Part shown: in pieces, positions 58,001 to 64,000 of the stretch | Numbering within the stretch: the stretch's first letter is position 1 | How the letters are laid out: the number at the start of each line of letters is the position of its first letter | Source of the DNA: Antechinus flavipes | Taxonomy: Eukaryota | Length of the DNA stretch: 64,000 nucleotides | Reading direction: 5' to 3' | NCBI RefSeq assembly: GCF_016432865.1 | Contig: NC_067402.1 | Coordinates: forward strand, 1,054,001-1,118,000 | Program-made: the position numbers and the translations under genes | Notes under the pieces: model-generated | The model's database searches: none | What the model was told of the DNA's origin: nothing | The model's input: only the letters and a program-made list of their open reading frames with translations

Positions 58001-60621
58001 TGGACCACGGCGCCTTGGTGGACAGCGTCAATGCCCACCTGGAGACCCCGCTGGCCCTGGCTGCCTACTGGGCGCTGCGGTTCCGGGAGCAGGAGTACAG
58101 CCCCCAGCACCACCTCGCCTGCCGCCTGCTGCTGGCAGCCAAGGCCCAGGTCAACGCCCGCGACGAGGACTTCAAGGCGCCGCTGCACAAGGCGGCCTGG
58201 AACTGCGACGAGAGCGCCATGCGGCTGCTGCTGGAGGCTGGGGCCGAGGCCAACCTGCTGGACGTCAACGGCTGCGCCGCCATCCAGTACGTGCTCAAGG
58301 TGACCCCGGTGCGCCCCGCGGCCCGGCCCGACCGCTGCTACCAGCTGCTGCTCAACCACGGGGCCGCGCGCATCTACCCGCCCCAGTTCCACAAGGTGAA
58401 TGGGGGCCCTCCAGAGAGGAAGGGGGATAGCTTCTGCCCACGGGGGCCCCACGATGGGCCCCCAGCCCCGGAGTGCCTCCTGTGCCCTCATCAGGAACCT
58501 GGAGAGCCCACTCCTAAGTCGGCCCTAGGGGCCCCAGGAAAATGGGCCCCACAGTCAGAAATGCCCGGGGAGCCAGGCCCAGGGCCTTGTGCATCACACA
58601 CCGGGTCCGGGCTGGGCTGCTGGCTGGCTCCCAGGCCCTTGGCCCCTGCTGGGCTGTGGGCCCGGGGGGGGGGGGTTTCCAGGCCCTTTCCTCACACAGG
58701 TGCCCCACCCGTGCCATCCTCTGTGAGACTGCACGGGAAGCCTGGGCTGACATACACTTGTCCCAGCTTGAAGCCCCGCAGGGAGTCCGTCTCCTTGACT
58801 GAGAGCTCTCCCGGGGGCTCTCCCATCCCCCCCCAGCCACCAAACCCGGGCCAGCACCTCCAGGACACTCAGAAAGTCCTGAGCGAGCGGCTGATGAGAC
58901 CTAGGGATGGGACATTGTGCCCGATCCTGTCTGAGCCCAAGAAGGCGCCCAGGGTCTGGCCTGGATGCTGGGGAGTCTGCCCCGGGGCCAGGAGAGGGGA
59001 CGGAGCAATGAGGGAGGGACTGGGGAACAAGCGAGTGACTGAGAGAATGAGTGAGTGAGGGAATGAGCGAGTGACTGAGGGAATGAGTAAGTGAGGGAAT
59101 GAGCGAGTGACTGAGGGAATGAGTGAGTGACCGAGGGAATGAGCGAGGGACTGGGGAACAAGCGAGTGACTGAGAGAATGAATGACTGACTGAGGGAATG
59201 ACCGAGGGAACGAGTGAGTGACTGAGAGAATGAGTGAGTGAGGGAATGAGCGAGTGACTGAGGGAATGAATGACTGACCGAGGGAACGAGTGAGTGACTG
59301 AGAGAATGAGTGAGTGAGGGAATGAGTGAGGGAACGAATGAGTGACCGAGGGAATGAGCGAGGGAACGAATGAGTGACTGAGGGAATGACCGAGGGAACG
59401 AGTGAGTGACTGAGAGAATGAGTGAGTGAGGGAATGAGCGAGTGACTGAGGGAATGAATGACTGACCGAGGGAATGAGTGAGTGACTGAGAGAATGAGTG
59501 ACTGAGGGAATGAGTGACTGAGGGAATGAGTGAGTGACCGAGTAAATGAGCGAGTGACCGAGGGAATGAACAAGTGGCTGAGGGAATGAATGAGTGACCG
59601 AGGGAATGAGCGAGGGAACGAATGAGTGACCGAGGGAACGAGCTCTTTGGGAGAAGGCCCCGCTCTCAGTCCCTATAGTGGGCGCTCCATGGCAAGAGCT
59701 TGGGGGTGCTTGTTGGCCGGCTGCCACTGGCCCCAGTGGCCCGAGGAGGGAGTGGTCACCTCCTGTGCCATCACACAGGTGTTGGAGTCTTGCCATGCCT
59801 GCCCGCTGGCGGTCGAGGTGGTCGTCAATGCTTACGAGCATATCGCGTGGACCCCTAAGTGGAAGAAGGCGGTTCCAGAGGACAGCCTGGAGGTGAGGGG
59901 GCCATCTGGGCCCCAGGTCCCTTTGACTATGGGTCAGGGCTGGGAGGCAAAGGGTGCTCCAGTGGGCGGGGGAGATGCCCACTGACCTGGTGCCAAGCTT
60001 CTTGGCCACCTCTCCTGAGACGAGCAGGGAGCAGAAGCACTGGGTGGTTTGGGGGGCTGGCAGGGGCCTCAGCCTTATTTATCTGTGACACACAAACCCC
60101 CCCCCCCCGACCAGGCCTCTAGTTATGAGCCACGGCCTGTGGTTGTCCAGGCTATTAGAGATGGGCCCAGAACCCCTCTGAGCCCCCTGGAAGTCAGGGA
60201 AGGATTCTGAAGGGTCAGCACTGTCCTGCAGATCATCCAGGGCACAGCCCAGGCCCTTTCCTCCACCTTGTGCTCCAGAGCAGGTCGGGGATGGGGAGAG
60301 AGCACGTGGTCAGGGTCAAATTCACGGGCTCCTTGAGGGCAGCTGCTGGAGAGAAAGGAAGGGGGGGCTTCGGCTGGGAGGCTGGCGGGACTCCCCACTT
60401 TCCCCCCTCTGAGCCGCTTCCCTCTCTCTCAGAGGCACTGGGACTTCTACCACTCTCTCTTCACCGTCTGCAGCAACACCCCCAGGTCCCTCCTGCACCT
60501 GGCCAGATGTGCCGTGCGCAGGGCCCTCCTCAGTGGCTGCCACAGGGCCGTCCCCCTCCTGCCCCTGCCCGGCCATCTCAAGAGCTACCTGCTTCTGGAG
60601 CCCGAGGGCGTTGTGTACTGA
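45860..60621 (+). CDS. ASB4: Ankyrin repeat and SOCS box protein 4, complete 5-exon CDS, 424 aa
   Basis: Exons 45860-46040 (181), 53637-53936 (300), 57905-58395 (491), 59779-59892 (114), 60433-60621 (189) = 1275 nt, all GT-AG, open frame. Hallmarks [25 protein letters not shown], ankyrin TPLH motifs, [13 protein letters not shown] box [16 protein letters not shown]...[20 protein letters not shown]. The FIH-hydroxylated Asn motif VNARD is retained (58153-58155). Confidence 0.97.
48250..51660 (-). mobile_element. Degraded L1 fragments with interspersed SINEs, ASB4 intron 1
   Basis: ORF 51192-51512 shows an L1 RT-like motif ([15 protein letters not shown]...[13 protein letters not shown]); boundaries approximate. 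Confidence 0.65.
53637..53936 (+). CDS. ASB4: ASB4 exon 2
   Basis: TTCCAG| acceptor, [17 protein letters not shown]...KQLVWR, |GTAAGT. Confidence 0.97.
54609..55198. repeat. 20-bp CpG-containing minisatellite (CCCCTCCTCTGCCCGAGGTA), ~29 copies, ASB4 intron 2
   Basis: Directly visible tandem array. Confidence 0.97.
57905..58395 (+). CDS. ASB4: ASB4 exon 3
   Basis: CTCAG| acceptor, ANVNMKTNN...YPPQFHK, |GTGAAT. Confidence 0.97.
59006..59646. repeat. Complex GA-rich repeat built of GAGT/GACT/GAGG/GAAT blocks, ASB4 intron 3
   Basis: Directly visible; occupies nearly half of the intron. Confidence 0.93.
59779..59892 (+). CDS. ASB4: ASB4 exon 4
   Basis: CACAG| acceptor, VLESCHACP...VPEDSLE, |GTGAGG. 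Confidence 0.96.
60433..60621 (+). CDS. ASB4: ASB4 exon 5 coding part (SOCS box)
   Basis: CTCTCAG| acceptor, [10 protein letters not shown]...EPEGVVY*, TGA at 60619-60621. Confidence 0.97.
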   Translation, partial: RHWDFYHSLFTVCSNTPRSLLHLARCAVRRALLSGCHRAVPLLPLPGHLKSYLLLEPEGVVY

Positions 60622-60942
60622 GCCGCACGTGGCCGCAGGGCCCGGGTGGGCAGGCGGCCCTGCCCCCACTGCCCCCAAGCTCCGCCCCTCTGAGGAGAGG
60701 TGGGGGCGAGAGGCGAGATGGGGCGAGGGGAGGGGAGAGGTGGGGGCCACATTTTGACTCCCAACAACGAGAGCTGTCCCAAAGGAAGGGGCTGCCCCGG
60801 GAGGCAGGAGCTCCCCTCTTGGAGGTCCTACAACAAGACTCGGCGCTGAGGAGCCCTTCCCCCCCACCAGGTGACCTGGACTGAGCCGCCCCACCCCACC
60901 CCACCCCTCCCCCCAGTTGCCTCCGGGTCTGGGATATGTCTG

Positions 60943-60948
60943 AATAAA
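60943..60948 (+). terminator. ASB4 polyadenylation signal AATAAA
   Basis: First canonical hexamer, ~320 nt after the stop. Confidence 0.7.
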
Positions 60949-61012
60949 TGCCGGTGCTGATTCTGAGTGGAACGAGGGATTTTGAAGGGGGCGCCCGGAG
61001 CGGGGAGAGTGA

Positions 61013-61171
61013 GGGACCCAGAGCTCCAGGGGCGGCCGGGACCCAGAGCTCCAGGGGCGGCCGGGACCCAGAGCTCCAGGGGCGGCCGGGACCCAGAGCT
61101 CCAGGGGCGGCCGGGACCCAGAGCTCCAGGGGCGGCCGGGACCCAGAGCTCCAGGGGCGGCCGGGACCCAG
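61013..61171. repeat. 25-bp perfect minisatellite (GGGACCCAGAGCTCCAGGGGCGGCC) x6.4
   Basis: Identical units just past the ASB4 poly(A) signal. Confidence 0.97.
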
Positions 61172-64000
61172 TCCTTGGCCAAGGCCCCTGGGGCAGGACG
61201 GCGGCCCGCCGAGCTTCCTCCTTCGCCCTGCTCCAGCGTGGATCCCCAGTGAGGAAGGGACGGCCAACAGAGAAGCAGGGATGGAGAGGGGGAGCTCTCC
61301 CGGGAGCTTGGATCCGCCTCTGCCGCCCCCAGTGACAAGAGGAGACACCCCAGCTGTCCGAGAGCCGCCGGGACCCGAACTGAGGAGGGGCCGAGAGAGG
61401 GGAGGAACAGAGGGAGGAGGGGCGGTCTTGGGGGCCGGCCTGGGCCAACGTGGGGGAGGGGCCGCAGAGAGAATAACCTTCCAAAGTGGAAAGCGGGGCT
61501 TAGCGTGGGGAGGGGGCGCTTCCCCAGGAGCTTGGAGCCTGACCGCGGGGAAGTTTTGGGGGCCTGGTTCCGGTGTCTCCCCCAGTGAGATGTTTCCGTG
61601 GCACTGGGGAACCCCTCCTGGCATCAGTTTGTGTAGAGAACGCCCGCCCTCCCGAGAGCTCCCCTGGCGGGGTGGGGGGGATTGGGGAGCGTGGGGGGAG
61701 AGGGGAGGGCGAAAGGCCGATGAGCACAGGGAGGAACAGGCGCCCCCGCACCGGCGGTGAAGGAGGGGGCTTCCTCCTCAGCGCCTCCGGGCAGACTCTG
61801 GGGGAGGCAGGAGGAAGCTGCCGCCCCCCGTGGGAGCCTCCCTTGAGTGCGCCTGCCTGCGGCCCACGCTCTGCGCTCCCCGGCGGGAGTCTCAGCCTCC
61901 TCCCCTGGCACGGTGCAGGCGCCGGGCCTCCCTGTCTCCCATCTGCCCCTCCGGATGTCGGCCTTTCCCTCCGCATTCGGCCTTGGCGGCGGCCATTTGT
62001 GGGAGCCCTGCCAGTCCCCGAAAGGCCGCCCTCTTGCTGCTTCCTGCAGACCCCACCAAGCCCAGAAGCCCCCTTTCAGCTTCCCCAAGAAGTGTCCAGC
62101 ATTTGTCCGGCTCTTGATTTAGGGAGGGGGCTGCTAAGTGCTTTACTTTGCTAGCCCTGGGATACAGGTGCTGTCATTAGCCCAGTTCACAGATGGGGAA
62201 AGTGAGGTAGGCAGTGATTAAAAGGCTTGCCCAGGGTGGCTTTCTTGACTCGGGGCCTTGTCCCCCCAGGCTACCCCTGAGAAGCTGTTCTATTTATTTC
62301 TCACTCTCCCCTCTCACTACCCCTACCCCAGAAGCTCTTCATTCATTGATTCATTTGTTTATTTATTTATTACTCTCCCCTCCCACCCCCAGAAGCTGTT
62401 GTGTTCATTCATTCATTGATTTATGTCTGTATCCGTTCACTGATTCACGGCTTCATTGTTTATTGATGCATTTCTCACTCTCCCCTCGCTGGCCGCTCTC
62501 GGCCCGCAGACTTTCCCTGGAAGCCCACGTGATCTCTCCGCACCTTACCCCAGAGCCACAACCGGGCTCCTCTGAGTGGGCGCATTTCCGGGGCCCTGAG
62601 GCAGGGCCTCCCAGCTGCTGTATTAGGCAGGAGAAGGGCCGCAGATGTGGGCAGGGGCTCCTGCCTCGGACGCTGTTGCCATGGTTTCCCTTCCCTGTGC
62701 CAGCCTGTCCCCTTTCCCTGGGACCGAGAGGCTCCCCTCCAGCAGGATGGAGTCCTGGGAGAAATGGGCCCACTCAGGACCACTCAGACTTGGTTCCCGA
62801 GCGTCCCTTTCATTTCACCCCAAGGTCCGGGACCACTAGGTCTCCCCGCTCTGTTGGCACAGAGGGGGCAAAGCCACAAGCTGAACTCTGGCCCTCTGCT
62901 GACCCCAGCCAGAGCTGGGGGGCCATGCTTCCCCCCAGTGATGGGAACATACATGCATGTGTTCCCGCACACACGTGTCCCTGCACACATGTGTATTCAT
63001 GAGGTGCCATGCTAGCTCATACACTTGTTCACTTTCTCAACCTGTTTCTTCTGAATTCGCGGGGGAGGGGGGAAGGGAAGAGGCCCCAGGAATCAGTCAG
63101 AGGATGCATGGAGCTTGAGCCCCGGGCCCAGGAGGCTCCCGGCCTGGCCGGGTCTGGCCAGCCTCCCCCCTCCTCCCCACCAGGTGTGGCCCGTCCCCCC
63201 CTTCCACAGATCCCCACCTGGGACCAGCCCAGCCCACCTCCTGCTGGGGGCCCATGAGGGGAGGCTGAGGCCCATCCTGGGGGGGGCACAGGGACTTGCA
63301 CTTTTGGCCCCGATCTACCCTCGTCTAGAAATAGCCGTTTGTTGCTATCACCCGCCCCAGGTGACAAGGAACCTGTGTCCCTGGGAGAAAAGCCACTGAG
63401 GGGGCGGGGAATAGGAAAGGGGAGGGAGGCAGAAGCCCCCCCCGCCCCCCCGGGGCTCTGCAAGGCCCAGGGACCCCCTCGCTCTGAGCCACCCGCCCAG
63501 GGAGCAGATGCTGCCGCCCCGTGGCCAAGGTCTCCCAGCCCGTCCTGTGCCAGAAGCGTCCGAGACTGGCAGCACTGCCAAGAGTACCCCGGCAGGGGGC
63601 TCTCCAGGCCACCGAGCCCCTTCCAGCCCTTGGCTTTCTTTGAGGGGAGGGCCAGGCTGTCCTGCTCCCCCCCCCCGAACCTGCTGAGTGGGACCCAGGG
63701 CGGCCCTCCCCCCATTTTGCAGCGGAGAAGGCGCAGACTCACTGGGATTCAGGGTCACCTGCCAGCAAGCAGCGGGGCCAGGCTCATGCCCAGCGCCTTG
63801 CCCCCTGGCACAGCTCGCGGGCTCCCCCAGTTCTGGGGGAGGGGTCGGACTGAGGGTGTCGCTGGCGTGAGGAGCTCCCCTGAACGCTCTGACAGAGGAG
63901 CAGTGGCCTCCACTGGGTCTGAGGCTCCCTTTGGAGCCCATTCTGAGCAAAGCCCCTCCCTGCCCCCCTCATGGCAGGAGCACCAGCTGGGGCTGGGCCT

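Noticed and set aside
58396-60009. Extension of the exon 3 ORF to 59058 and the 471-aa antisense ORF
   Set aside because: Read-through into GC-rich, repeat-filled intron past a canonical donor at 58395; no homology.
33682-61171. Regular arrays superficially like CRISPR
   Set aside because: Head-to-tail repeats without unique spacers in vertebrate DNA; no cas genes.
60950-64000. Expected neighbour PDK4 downstream of ASB4
   Set aside because: No PDK4-like translation is visible in any frame; probably outside the window.

Overview
Eukaryotic genomic DNA, most likely an Australian dasyurid marsupial (inferred from WSINE1-type SINEs, marsupial L1/RTE/BovB-like LINEs and marsupial-type LTRs). The window holds part of the PON-ASB4 syntenic block. 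It contains exons 1-2 of a PON3-like paraoxonase (minus strand, running off the left edge), a complete 9-exon PON2 (minus, 354 aa, 21215-32121) and a complete 5-exon ASB4 (plus, 424 aa, 45860-60621). All exons were assembled by hand with GT-AG boundaries and correct phases. The left ~11 kb is AT-rich and packed with L1/LTR/retrocopy debris. Most of the rest is unusually GC-rich, has compact introns and carries at least seven minisatellites. Strongest leads: (1) PON2 has Ser at the normally conserved active-site Asp (PON1 D183 equivalent) plus other pocket changes; (2) a ~140-bp inverted duplicate of PON2 intron 8 lies downstream of the poly(A) signal, bracketing the last exon; (3) a 36-bp minisatellite was born from a BovB-like RT ORF; (4) there are signs of strong local GC-biased substitution. 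No single clearly new biological system can be demonstrated from sequence alone. Comparisons to human proteins and repeat consensuses are from recall and need database confirmation.
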